A DNA stretch of 64,000 nucleotides from positions 25,783-89,782 of the IMG/VR virus record IMGVR_UViG_3300036402_000045. One strand, written 5' to 3'. The notes beneath the pieces are model-generated. The model did not search any database, was not told where the DNA came from, and was given only the letters and a program-made list of their open reading frames with translations. This stretch comes from a virus. This document shows, piece after piece, positions 26,572 through 35,412 of this stretch. Both the position numbers and the translations under genes were made by a program. How positions within the stretch are numbered: the first letter of the stretch is position 1; each line of letters opens with the position of its first letter.

Positions 26572-26850
26572 ATGTCAGGAATCACGATCAAGAGCATCAA
26601 GGACTTCAAGATCTATCCAGCGGTCAAGGTGCTCCCTCGCGTTTGCGAGAGGCCCGAGCACATGACAACGCACGACACGCTAGGTCTTCGGTGCTTCAAC
26701 GCCGAAGGTCCGGAGTTCAAGAGCGGGGGCGAAATACGCAAGCACATGTGCGTGTTCCGCCACGATCACTACGGCACCCTGCACTACGCCGTTGTGTTCG
26801 ACAACGACGGTATCCCCACTTGGTACGAATGGGGATGGGCGAGTGCCTGA
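26572..26850 (+). CDS. hypothetical protein (leaderless)
   Basis: CGTATCA (26559-26565)-N6-ATG. Confidence 0.65.
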   Translation: MSGITIKSIKDFKIYPAVKVLPRVCERPEHMTTHDTLGLRCFNAEGPEFKSGGEIRKHMCVFRHDHYGTLHYAVVFDNDGIPTWYEWGWASA

Positions 26851-27142
26851 CTACGGCAACCACAACAAGGGCTTCAAGCGCATGGCGCTGCCCGAGGCCA
26901 AGAAGGAGTGCAACACCAAGCTCGACTCCTACGTCCGAGCCGAATGCAACCGGTGTGAGATGGCGGTCATGCTCCACTGTTCGGATTGCAATATTCAGAT
27001 CACCGGATGCTTCTGTTCGGACGAGGACCGCTTCGGAAAGAACGAGGCGATCCAGAAGATGATCGACCGCATGGGCTTCGAGAAGGCCAAGGAAAAGCTC
27101 ACCCGTCAAGGGATCTGGGTTCCTCCGGGAGTGAAGGGCTAA
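26843..27142 (+). CDS. Cys-rich hypothetical protein
   Basis: CNRC...CSDC...CFC. Confidence 0.65.
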   Translation: MPDYGNHNKGFKRMALPEAKKECNTKLDSYVRAECNRCEMAVMLHCSDCNIQITGCFCSDEDRFGKNEAIQKMIDRMGFEKAKEKLTRQGIWVPPGVKG

Positions 27143-28221
27143 TGCCTCGCAAGACCACAGAGAAGGTCGAACTGACTCCCGCTGGACTCGCTGCGGCGAT
27201 GAACAAGAAGTGGGGTCCAGGAACAATGATGATGGGGAACGACCCTTCCCTCGTCATCGAACGTCTACCGACCGGAATCTTGTCGGTGGACTACGCCATG
27301 AAGGGCGGCTTCGCAAGAGGCCGTCACGTCGAACTATTCGGATCTGCAAACGTCGGGAAGACGGCTCTTGCCTATCGCCTAATGGCGATGACCCAACGTG
27401 GCGGTGAGCGGGTCGGCTACGTCGATGTGGAGAAGACGTTCGATCCCGACTTCGCTGGGCATCTCGGCGTTGACGTGAAGACGATGGCGTACCACAAGCA
27501 GATCAACGCGAACCGTGTCGTTGACTTCCTGGACGTTCTGCTTCGATCCGAGATGTACGGCGTCCTCTGCGTGGACTCCATCGCCGCGCTGACGCCCAAG
27601 ATCGAGATCGATTCCGATATGGAGACGACCGGATCAATGGGCATGGAGCAAGCCAAGCTCATGTCCAAGGCCCTTCGGAAACTCACGACCGCCAACGACA
27701 GGACGCTCATCATCTGGATCAACCAGACCCGTGATTCCGTGGGTGGCATGTTCGCCAAGAAGAACGTCACATCTGGTGGGCGCGCGATGGGCTTCTATGC
27801 TTCGACCCGCATCGAGATGGTCCGAACGGAGACGATCAAGAAGAAGGGCAAGATCGTAAATCCGAAGAACGGCACCATCACCGAGTCGGACGTGGCAACG
27901 GGTCATCGAGTCCTTTTGCGTATCGAGAAGGACAAGACGGGTTCCGCCAACCCGTTCGACCAGACGAGCTTCGTGTTCTCCTACGAGGACGCGAACATCG
28001 ATCACCTGGAAGACCTGATGTACGTCGGACGACAGGCGGGTGTCGTCCACAAGAGCGGTACGGAGCGTTCGGAGAAGTGGTGGGTCGAAGGCTACGAGGA
28101 CGACAAGCAATCGGGACGCACGCGGTTCAAGCGGTGGCTCAAGAACAACCCCGCCGTCGCTGACGAACTGGAAGAGATGATCTGGGAAGATTCCGAACCC
28201 GAGGACGAAGAAGACGAGTAG
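27142..28221 (+). CDS. recA: RecA-like recombinase
   Basis: PTGILSVD, GSANVGKT, VDSIAALTP, INQTR, SGGRAMGFYAS. Confidence 0.95.
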   Translation: MPRKTTEKVELTPAGLAAAMNKKWGPGTMMMGNDPSLVIERLPTGILSVDYAMKGGFARGRHVELFGSANVGKTALAYRLMAMTQRGGERVGYVDVEKTFDPDFAGHLGVDVKTMAYHKQINANRVVDFLDVLLRSEMYGVLCVDSIAALTPKIEIDSDMETTGSMGMEQAKLMSKALRKLTTANDRTLIIWINQTRDSVGGMFAKKNVTSGGRAMGFYASTRIEMVRTETIKKKGKIVNPKNGTITESDVATGHRVLLRIEKDKTGSANPFDQTSFVFSYEDANIDHLEDLMYVGRQAGVVHKSGTERSEKWWVEGYEDDKQSGRTRFKRWLKNNPAVADELEEMIWEDSEPEDEEDE

Positions 28222-28535
28222 TGGCGGGATTACCGGAGTGGTTCCACAAGGACCGAGAACGACAGAACACGCGATCTAGAAAGCAGGAACGTGACTACGC
28301 GCAAGAGCGACAAGGGAAAGTCCAACCCGGGAGCGGAAGTAGCTGGCGACGACCCCAAGATGTCCAAGAAGAAGGGTTCCTCACCCAACTCAAGTTCACG
28401 GACAAAGACTCCTTCACCATCAAAGCGAGCGAGTGGAAAGCGATCCGCAACGACGCGCTCCGGGACGGCAGGGAACCGCGCCTCGTCATCGAGTTCTCAA
28501 AACACGGGTTCACTGTTGCCGTTTCCGAATCCTGA
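28221..28535 (+). CDS. Holliday-junction-resolvase-like PD-(D/E)xK nuclease
   Basis: SRKQE...QPGSGS...DV...QLK. Confidence 0.7.
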   Translation: MAGLPEWFHKDRERQNTRSRKQERDYAQERQGKVQPGSGSSWRRPQDVQEEGFLTQLKFTDKDSFTIKASEWKAIRNDALRDGREPRLVIEFSKHGFTVAVSES

Positions 28536-28545
28536 AGACCGGGAG

Positions 28546-28755
28546 ATGGAGCGGGAGGGGACCGTCACCATCAACTTCGTGACGTATGGCCGGAAGGATC
28601 AGGCCGAGAAGACAGCACAGCAGATGGTCAAGGATCTCCAGGTTCGTCAGCACAGCATCGTCCACGCCGCTTTCGACGGCAGCGAGCTTCAGATCAATCG
28701 CAAGTGGTCAACCCCGGTGCTCGATCACGACCATGACGAGCCGGTCGTTGACTGA
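28546..28755 (+). CDS. hypothetical protein
   Basis: RBS GGGAG; coupled to the next gene. Confidence 0.55.
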   Translation: MEREGTVTINFVTYGRKDQAEKTAQQMVKDLQVRQHSIVHAAFDGSELQINRKWSTPVLDHDHDEPVVD

Positions 28756-28943
28756 TGGCGGGCAAGAAGAACGAACTGTGGATTCTCATCGCTTTGGTGT
28801 CTGCGCTGTTCCTCGTCGTTGTGATGTGGCTGTCACTGACGATGATTGCTGACAACGCCAACGATCAAGAGCGAAACATCAAACGGTGCCTGCGGATCGA
28901 GAATTCCGAAGCCGCTCTTCGATGTGTGGCTAGCGAAATCTGA
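28755..28943 (+). CDS. small membrane-anchored protein
   Basis: N-terminal hydrophobic helix LWILIALVSALFLVVVMWLSL. Confidence 0.65.
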   Translation: MAGKKNELWILIALVSALFLVVVMWLSLTMIADNANDQERNIKRCLRIENSEAALRCVASEI

Positions 28944-29365
28944 TGATCGACAAGGAAGCTCGGATCATTCTGAAGCGCTGGACTCGCTGCCAGTATTACG
29001 TCTACCTCCGTCCGCTGGACTACCGCTTCTACAACCCGACCGCTGACTTCGCCGTTCACTGGAAAGTGACGGTGGAGTACCGAGGGCTGGGTTACAAGCA
29101 ACACGTCGGAGAGGGCATGAACCTTTCCGAAGTAATCAAGAAACTGGGCCTAGAGGTTCCGCTGAACAAGCCGAAGCTGTCGCCCCGAGCTTCAGTCCCG
29201 CGCCCAACCACCGTGGCGAAGATCAACGTCAATATCCGAAAGAACCCCGGTCGGGTGAAGCTGACCCAGAAGTTCGTTGACGACGCCAGAGGCGATGCGG
29301 AGGCGATGCCCGCCAACGGGGGCGTCCGGAAGCGGAAGAAGAAGCCTCATGCCCGTCGCAAGTGA
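28943..29365 (+). CDS. hypothetical basic protein
   Basis: 140-aa coupled ORF. Confidence 0.65.
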   Translation: MIDKEARIILKRWTRCQYYVYLRPLDYRFYNPTADFAVHWKVTVEYRGLGYKQHVGEGMNLSEVIKKLGLEVPLNKPKLSPRASVPRPTTVAKINVNIRKNPGRVKLTQKFVDDARGDAEAMPANGGVRKRKKKPHARRK

Positions 29366-30245
29366 CCGCAGCATTCTGAAGTCGTTCGTCAAGCACATTC
29401 AGGAGAAGGACGTTGATCCGTTCACTCCATTGATCGATGCGTACCTCACGAAGCGAGAGCTTCCCAAGTACCGAGACAGACGGCTGAAGGAGTTCAGCTT
29501 CCCGGTGCTGGAGCGCCCTCGTCCGTTGGGCAGGTTGTCTCCCTCTGCCCTCTGTGGCTGCGAGAGACAGGCCGCGTTCAAGATGCTGGGGGTTGAGGGC
29601 CGCAAGCGGGTTGACGCCGACACAGAGTTGGTCTTCATGGACGGTCATTGGCGTCACCACAAGTGGGACTACATCTTCCTCGACATGCAGGCGATGTTTC
29701 CGAACAAGATCAAGGTGCTCTCCTACGAGGACAACATCAAGATCCCGCACCTGTTCATCGCTGGCTCGTTGGACATTCATGTTGCTGTCAAGATGGATGG
29801 TCGCTGGGTTCGCTACGTCATCGACTTCAAAGGAGCGAACGACTGGGCATTCCAGTACGTCCACAAGAACCACGCTCCGAAGCCCGAACATCTCCTTCAG
29901 GTGCTCCCCTACATGCGAGCCAAGAAGTGCCGCAAGGGAGCGGTGATCTACGACTCCAAGAATCGAAACAACTTCTACATCTTCACCTTCGACTTCAACG
30001 CGAAGGAATGGAAGATGGTTCGCCGCTGGGCCGGTCGGGTGCTCGATCAGCTAGAGCGGAATGTTCTGCCGCCCACGTCTCCCGATTGCACCAAGGGCAA
30101 CTTCATGGGAGACAAGTGCCCGTTCCGAGGACTCTGCTATGGCCCGAAAGACGACGACCGGATCGAGCAAGAGATCTTCCAGCAATGGCAAGGACTCGAA
30201 GCTCTCTGGGAAGAAGGACTTGCGATCGAAGCCGAAATCTTCTAA
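29349..30245 (+). CDS. Cas4-like / PD-(D/E)xK exonuclease
   Basis: SPSALCGCERQ, GSLD, VIDFKG, Q...Y, C-terminal C...CPFRGLC. Confidence 0.8.
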   Translation: MPVASDRSILKSFVKHIQEKDVDPFTPLIDAYLTKRELPKYRDRRLKEFSFPVLERPRPLGRLSPSALCGCERQAAFKMLGVEGRKRVDADTELVFMDGHWRHHKWDYIFLDMQAMFPNKIKVLSYEDNIKIPHLFIAGSLDIHVAVKMDGRWVRYVIDFKGANDWAFQYVHKNHAPKPEHLLQVLPYMRAKKCRKGAVIYDSKNRNNFYIFTFDFNAKEWKMVRRWAGRVLDQLERNVLPPTSPDCTKGNFMGDKCPFRGLCYGPKDDDRIEQEIFQQWQGLEALWEEGLAIEAEIF

Positions 30246-30618
30246 TGATGCCTATAGCGAGGTACGGGCGGTCCTCGAACCGTTGCTTGAATTCTTCGCG
30301 GCGGGGGATGATGTGTTCACCGAACACGATTCATTTGATCCGGCACACCTACACGCCTCTCTTGGAAGGATCTATCGAAGTTGGAAGGTTTGCCGTACCG
30401 CTTTGGACCCGGAATTCGACCCGGAGAGATTCAGCTACGAGCGGAAGCAGAAGCGGCGTGCTTCGGATTCACCCAGTCCGATCAGCCGAACCCGTTCTAC
30501 GGTCCCGAAGTCGATCTCCGCAACGAACCGCAAGCGGACCGCGACGCCAGAGAAGAAGTCGCCAAAGCCATCTGTTCGTCGTGCAAGCTCAAGTGGCCGT
30601 GCCTCGAATGGGCGATAG
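30139..30618 (+). CDS. hypothetical protein with long overlaps on both sides
   Basis: ATG 30139 after GAGGA; helical core DAYSEVRAVLEPLLEFF...IYRSWKVCR fills the gap 30246-30380. Confidence 0.5.
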   Translation: MARKTTTGSSKRSSSNGKDSKLSGKKDLRSKPKSSNDAYSEVRAVLEPLLEFFAAGDDVFTEHDSFDPAHLHASLGRIYRSWKVCRTALDPEFDPERFSYERKQKRRASDSPSPISRTRSTVPKSISATNRKRTATPEKKSPKPSVRRASSSGRASNGR

Positions 30619-31031
30619 CCACCGAGGAAGAGTGGGGCGTGTGGGGCGAGATGCCCCCGCAGGATCGCAAGAGGTTTCGGAAATGGCTGCGGAAGACCAA
30701 GCGCAATGAGAAGCCCAAAGGCTCCAGCCTCAAGAACCTCGTCACGCTCTGGCTCCAAGTCGAAGAGCGCAACCGCAAGCGTCGGGAGCGAGAAGCCAAG
30801 AAGCAAGCCCAACCTCAAGCAAAGGTCGTCAAGCTCACACCGCGCCCTGGTGGTGATGGGACTCGATCTGTCTCTGACCGCAACCGGGTTGGTGGTACTG
30901 GACGGGCTACGGGTTTGTCGGTGGCGGCTTCTCCGAACGGAACCAGTAGGACAGCAAGGCCAGTCCCTCGGGCTGCTTCCGTCAGGCAAGTACCGGGGGC
31001 ACCAAGAGGATCGAATCGAGTGGTCCGTTAG
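30381..31031 (+). CDS. whiB: WhiB-family transcription regulator
   Basis: AAC...AKAICSSC...C...GVWG; start uncertain. Confidence 0.85.
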   Translation: MEGLPYRFGPGIRPGEIQLRAEAEAACFGFTQSDQPNPFYGPEVDLRNEPQADRDAREEVAKAICSSCKLKWPCLEWAIATEEEWGVWGEMPPQDRKRFRKWLRKTKRNEKPKGSSLKNLVTLWLQVEERNRKRREREAKKQAQPQAKVVKLTPRPGGDGTRSVSDRNRVGGTGRATGLSVAASPNGTSRTARPVPRAASVRQVPGAPRGSNRVVR

Positions 31032-31374
31032 CCATATCCGAAAGGCGTGGCGTAAGTTCCGCCCCGATCTTGTCGTGATCGAGGACTACGCCTACGGCGC
31101 TCGCGGCAGGGGCTTGACCGGCATCCATGAGCACGGAGGCGTGGTCCGGAACTTCCTGTACCGAGTCGATGCCCCGTTTGTGGTGGTGCAGAACGCCGTC
31201 ATCAAGCAGTACGCAACGGGATCAGGCAAAGCCACGAAGCCTGAGATGGTTGCCGAGGCGAAGACTCACTGGCCCGAGCTTCCAGACATGCGAGAGAACG
31301 ACAACCTCGCAGACGCCTACTTCATGGCACATTTCGGAAACACGAACTACTCATCCCTGGTGCAGAATGCTTGA
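30850..31374 (+). CDS. ruvC: RuvC-like resolvase
   Basis: MGLDLSLTATG, VVIED, KQYATGSGKATK, DNLADA; start uncertain (frame open from 30706). Confidence 0.85.
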   Translation: MVMGLDLSLTATGLVVLDGLRVCRWRLLRTEPVGQQGQSLGLLPSGKYRGHQEDRIEWSVSHIRKAWRKFRPDLVVIEDYAYGARGRGLTGIHEHGGVVRNFLYRVDAPFVVVQNAVIKQYATGSGKATKPEMVAEAKTHWPELPDMRENDNLADAYFMAHFGNTNYSSLVQNA

Positions 31375-31399
31375 CAGCAGAATGTTTCCGTTCTAGCCT
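31371..31399 (+). promoter_or_regulatory. sigma70-type promoter with operator-like spacer
   Basis: TTGACA-N17(gcagaatgtttccgttc)-TAGCCT-N7-ATG. Confidence 0.75.
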
Positions 31400-31406
31400 G
31401 GAGCAC

Positions 31407-31625
31407 ATGAACACGAAGCAGTTGAAGGAGCGGTTGGAGAAGATCAACGTCCTTGACGAGAAGCCCGACCCCGAAGCCGCTCACTCCGAGCAGGACGATC
31501 TGATCGTGGCGTTTCTTGCTGAGATCGTTGACAACAAATACCGCAACTACAACCGTCTTCGGCAACACGCTGAGCTTCTTCTGAAGTTGGCGACCGATGA
31601 CCAGAGAGAGCGGTGGTACGCGTGA
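31407..31625 (+). CDS. hypothetical phage protein
   Basis: DPEAAHSEQDDL...RWYA; leaderless start. Confidence 0.7.
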   Translation: MNTKQLKERLEKINVLDEKPDPEAAHSEQDDLIVAFLAEIVDNKYRNYNRLRQHAELLLKLATDDQRERWYA

Positions 31626-32002
31626 TCGCCGCTTCCGGCGTTCGCTTCGACGGTCTTGACCTGTTGGTGGTCTTGGCCCTCGTCTCCATCATCGTCGTGC
31701 TGGTGTCGCTCTACTTCGTAACCTTCGGCAAGAAGGTCGATGACGACATCGATCGTCTACTGAAGACCACCGGCCCGAAGCTCTCAATGGACGAGATGGA
31801 TGGGCTTCTCCGGACCGATTACCTGGCTCTGTTGACGCCGAACCTGAGCGCCACCCCCTACTTCCTTGACAGTGGAACCTCACTCCCGAAGCTGTGGAGC
31901 TTGATGGACGAGGAATGGAAGTACGGGATTTCCGAAAGTCCCATGCCCACTCCGTTCTACGACTGGGCCAATGAGCGGCCCGTTCCGCTGGTGAACTGGT
32001 GA
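31622..32002 (+). CDS. membrane-anchored hypothetical protein
   Basis: One strong transmembrane segment near the N-terminus. Confidence 0.65.
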   Translation: MIAASGVRFDGLDLLVVLALVSIIVVLVSLYFVTFGKKVDDDIDRLLKTTGPKLSMDEMDGLLRTDYLALLTPNLSATPYFLDSGTSLPKLWSLMDEEWKYGISESPMPTPFYDWANERPVPLVNW

Positions 32003-32220
32003 GCGCGGACCTGCCGGGAGTGCTTCCTCCCGTCCGCATCCCGAAGGACTGGAAGGAGCGGGCCGACCTCGCCAACTTCGCTGGCCTCTCGGACGACGAA
32101 AGGGCTGCTCTGGACGCATGGTGCGCCCTGGAACAGCGGGAGTACGAGGCCCGTCTACGGCGAGCGATGGAACGTGACGGCGACCTGCCGATGGCGTCCG
32201 CATCCGACGAGAAGGCATGA
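31999..32220 (+). CDS. hypothetical protein
   Basis: Coupled ORF. Confidence 0.6.
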   Translation: MSADLPGVLPPVRIPKDWKERADLANFAGLSDDERAALDAWCALEQREYEARLRRAMERDGDLPMASASDEKA

Positions 32221-32732
32221 GCTACCGAGGCAGCGCGTCGCTCTCGGACAACGGTTGGTATCGCTACGACCTGGAACGGAAGTGGGAGCGAGTCATAACC
32301 CGCAAGGTCGTCTGGGTCATGCTCAACCCGAGCACCGCCGATGCTCGATTCGATGACGCCACAATCCGAAAGTGCGTGAGCTTCTCCCAGATATGGGGCT
32401 TCGACGGCATGGCTGTGGTGAACCTGTTCGCCTACCGGTCCACCAATCCCAACGTTCTCGCCAACCTGCACGACAAGGGCCATGCACGCGGACCCGAGAA
32501 CCCTGGATACATCAGAAGCCACATCAACGACCGCGAGACACAACTAGTGGTGGCTGCTTGGGGAGCCAACGTCAACAAGATGGGCCTGCCCCGTTACAAC
32601 ATCGAAGCATGGTGTCGTGCGGCCAAGAAGCCCCTTCGGTGTCTCGGAACCAACAAGGACGGTTCTCCCAAGCACCCTGGTCGTATCGGTTACGGAACGC
32701 CCCTAGTACCTTTCGGAAAGTACGAGACATGA
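32217..32732 (+). CDS. DUF1643 family protein
   Basis: YRYDLERKW, MLNPSTAD, DDATIRKC, VNLFAYRST, AAWG, PKHP. Confidence 0.9.
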   Translation: MSYRGSASLSDNGWYRYDLERKWERVITRKVVWVMLNPSTADARFDDATIRKCVSFSQIWGFDGMAVVNLFAYRSTNPNVLANLHDKGHARGPENPGYIRSHINDRETQLVVAAWGANVNKMGLPRYNIEAWCRAAKKPLRCLGTNKDGSPKHPGRIGYGTPLVPFGKYET

Positions 32733-32902
32733 ACGCTCGAAGCGTTGAGTGCCCGGTCTGTAAAGCCAAGCCCGGACAGCGGTGTTCAGAGGCCAGATCC
32801 TTGAGTCTTCCATGGGGACGATCTCATCCGTCCCGAGTCCAGAAGGCTGCGAAATGCGTATCAACAGAAGATGACCAAGAGACGATCGCGCAAGAAGACT
32901 GA
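32729..32902 (+). CDS. small zinc-finger protein
   Basis: CPVCKAKPGQRC...HPSR. Confidence 0.6.
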   Translation: MNARSVECPVCKAKPGQRCSEARSLSLPWGRSHPSRVQKAAKCVSTEDDQETIAQED

Positions 32903-33395
32903 ACCCTCCTGGTGGTGGGTTGAAGGACTTCGGAAACTGTCCGGAGTGAAGGTCTGGTATCCGCTCTACTGCTCGAAGACCGAAGCGGGCGCGCAACAAA
33001 TCCAGCGCATGTGTGCTGGCGAGGCGCGGCGTATGCGAGAGGGTTTAGCTACAACTAAAGACGCCTCCACCCTCAAGGGCTACAGGGAGTTCCGAGTCGT
33101 TCCCGATAGCGAACAGGGAGTTCGCTGTAGCGAATGCACGTCGAACTACCTCAAGCGCATCAAGCGAGACGGCAAGCGGCTGTGGAAGTGCCTGAACTGC
33201 GGCCATGTGTGGGAGCGGGAAGCCTTTACCGAGTTGGTGCATGACACCAAGACCGTTTCAAAGGCCCCTACAGGGCCTTCTAAGGCTTCGAACCGCCCTG
33301 CGAAGGGTGTTGACGCTGCGAGGCGTGCTTCCGGACGGGAGAAGAAGCCACAGAAGCCGGTCCGTTCCACCCGAAAGGGTCGGAAGATCCGCTAG
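32871..33395 (+). CDS. zinc-ribbon hypothetical protein (leaderless)
   Basis: CSEC...CLNC; CGTATCA (32857-32863)-N7-ATG. Confidence 0.7.
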   Translation: MTKRRSRKKTEPSWWWVEGLRKLSGVKVWYPLYCSKTEAGAQQIQRMCAGEARRMREGLATTKDASTLKGYREFRVVPDSEQGVRCSECTSNYLKRIKRDGKRLWKCLNCGHVWEREAFTELVHDTKTVSKAPTGPSKASNRPAKGVDAARRASGREKKPQKPVRSTRKGRKIR

Positions 33396-33576
33396 AGCCT
33401 GACTCGGCTGGGCTGCTCGTCTCAAAGAGGTTCCCAGGCGTTTTCCGAAAGAAGCTGATCGTCAACCTCTTCCCAATCCTGCCCGTCGTAGTTCTCCAGG
33501 AACGCGAAGAAGCTCGCTGCCATGTCCACGATCCCGAGGGCACGAACAGCGAGCTTCTTCAGTTGACGCACGAAGC

Positions 33577-34017
33577 TCAGACCTTGAAGACCTTCGCCAT
33601 GACGAGGTACACGATGATGGCGCAGGCAGTAGCGAGCAACGCCGTCTGCCAATCAAGATGACCGTCTTCGTTCGGAGTCTTCTTCCCGCGAACCGTGGCA
33701 CCGGGAATCATCTTGAGACGAGCCGGATCATCCGAAGGGCGCTTGGCCGAGAGGTAGTCGGCGGCGAGGCCAGCACCAGATCCAACGGACAAGCCGATGG
33801 CAATGAGGGAGTAGGCGTTCATCTTCGCCAGCGAGCCGCCGATGTCGATCTGCGAAGCGAAGTCGGTCTGTGCGTAGAGCACGACGGCGACAACGCCCGC
33901 AAGCCAAGCGGAGGCCGTGGTCACGATGCCGTTGATGTCGCGGTTCGTGAGGTACTTGGTGAAGTCGATCACCTTCTTCACCAACGCCAGCATTGCGAGT
34001 ACGGGTACGAATTCCAT
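33577..34017 (-). CDS. holin-like membrane protein
   Basis: Several hydrophobic helices; RBS AAGGAG; downstream of the endolysin. Confidence 0.65.
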   Translation of the reverse strand: MEFVPVLAMLALVKKVIDFTKYLTNRDINGIVTTASAWLAGVVAVVLYAQTDFASQIDIGGSLAKMNAYSLIAIGLSVGSGAGLAADYLSAKRPSDDPARLKMIPGATVRGKKTPNEDGHLDWQTALLATACAIIVYLVMAKVFKV

Positions 34018-34025
34018 TCTGCTCC

Positions 34026-34604
34026 TTACGGGTTGGTGGTGGTGGTCGTGGAAGGAACGACCGGTGCCGGAACACTTCGTACCTCTCGGCACGCGTCCCG
34101 AACCTCGGGGATCTGAACATTCGGAATCTGAGGACGGAGAGATTCGAGGACGATCCGATTGTTCTCTTCGGTCTTGCAATCCACGGCTTCGATGATCTGG
34201 TTCACAAGCAACTGAGTTGACGCCACCTGTGAAGCCGTGGCTTCAGGCCCCGTCACCTTCTGAAGAATCGCTAGCGAGGAAGCGGTGTTGTCGATCGCTG
34301 TGCGGTTGTCACGACTGAACTGGCGCTGGTCCCAGTAAGCCAGTCCTGCGAGCACAAACGCCGCTGCGAAGACAACACATGCGAGCTTGAACCAACGACG
34401 GTCCCGCTCGCGTTCTTCATCCCCCTGCTGAACCTTGATCGTCAGGGTCTTCGTTGCTACCGCCAGTTCCCCGACCTTCTCGGCCATCATCGTCATCGAG
34501 GCCGTGAGGCCAACCAGAAGATGAACTTTCAGAGTTTCCTCTGACTCCGATGGGAGTGACGGAGGCGTCTGAAACGCCGTCTGTTCGTCGTTCGGTCCTG
34601 TCAC
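34026..34604 (-). CDS. membrane protein (lysis module)
   Basis: Single central transmembrane segment after a coiled coil. Confidence 0.65.
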   Translation of the reverse strand: MTGPNDEQTAFQTPPSLPSESEETLKVHLLVGLTASMTMMAEKVGELAVATKTLTIKVQQGDEERERDRRWFKLACVVFAAAFVLAGLAYWDQRQFSRDNRTAIDNTASSLAILQKVTGPEATASQVASTQLLVNQIIEAVDCKTEENNRIVLESLRPQIPNVQIPEVRDACREVRSVPAPVVPSTTTTTNP

Positions 34605-34745
34605 GAAGTCGCTCTGCTTTCTCAGTCACGGATTGAGCAAGGAAGACGATCTCGGTCGTCAACTGATTGATGGCATCCACGATGGCGTCTGTGTCGTCGT
34701 CTACCGCAACCAAGTCTACGACCTGCTTCCTTATAGACACGTATA

Positions 34746-35114
34746 TCACCCACCCCGTCGATGTTCAGAAGCGGCTTCTCGCTCAAGAGCGTCCAACCGA
34801 TCGACCAGTCTGTCAAGTGCGGGCAGGATGACATCGTTGGTGTTTTGGAGCGCAAGCTGATATGCGGTAAGCGCCGGGAACACCTTCTCCATCATCAGAG
34901 TTTTTGACGCGGCCTCGGCATCGTCAGTCCTCTTGCGCTCAGCGTTGCGGTCTTCAATGGCTTGGTCGTAGAGCTTCCCGCGCACGACCTGACCAGTAAG
35001 CCAAGCGATGACGATCAGACCCAGCAGCCCGTACTGCGCCCAACCCGGTAGGGGTTCGGCAACGCTTGGACCGTTAGCGGCCACCAGATAGCTGATCCCA
35101 GTCAGGAGGGTCAC
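34746..35114 (-). CDS. membrane protein (holin-like)
   Basis: QYGLLGLIVIAWLTG followed by a coiled coil. Confidence 0.65.
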   Translation of the reverse strand: MTLLTGISYLVAANGPSVAEPLPGWAQYGLLGLIVIAWLTGQVVRGKLYDQAIEDRNAERKRTDDAEAASKTLMMEKVFPALTAYQLALQNTNDVILPALDRLVDRLDALEREAASEHRRGG

Positions 35115-35403
35115 CCCGACGCTCCTTCCAAGTCCAGTTCTTCTCGGCGGGGGTCTTCGCTATGAAGACGAGAGCCAAGATGATTCCGCCGATGTTGAAA
35201 GCCGTGTATCGGGTGATGCCGTCTCCGATGTGATCGAGAGCATTCAGCCCTGCGGCGATGGCGAGCATCGCTGCGCTCAGGTGCAACCAAGCAGGTTCGG
35301 AAAATCTCTTGAGCCATCGTGCCGCTCTCCAGAACAGCACGAAAGCCGCCAAGACTCCCGCCACCGCTGTCATCACACGGGAGATGTCCAAGGCAAGCAC
35401 CAC
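35074..35403 (-). CDS. three-TM membrane protein
   Basis: Three hydrophobic segments. Confidence 0.65.
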   Translation of the reverse strand: MVLALDISRVMTAVAGVLAAFVLFWRAARWLKRFSEPAWLHLSAAMLAIAAGLNALDHIGDGITRYTAFNIGGIILALVFIAKTPAEKNWTWKERRGDPPDWDQLSGGR

Positions 35404-35412
35404 CTTTGTCGG

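Noticed and set aside
12120-28221. Inteins or introns in dnaB, dnaE, recA or thyX
   Set aside because: Protein lengths are normal, conserved motifs are contiguous and no intein splice-junction motifs were seen; the LAGLIDADG ORF is free-standing.
29349-30245. Cas4-like gene as evidence of a CRISPR-Cas system
   Set aside because: No repeat-spacer array and no other cas genes were seen; solo Cas4-like nucleases are common in phage recombination modules.
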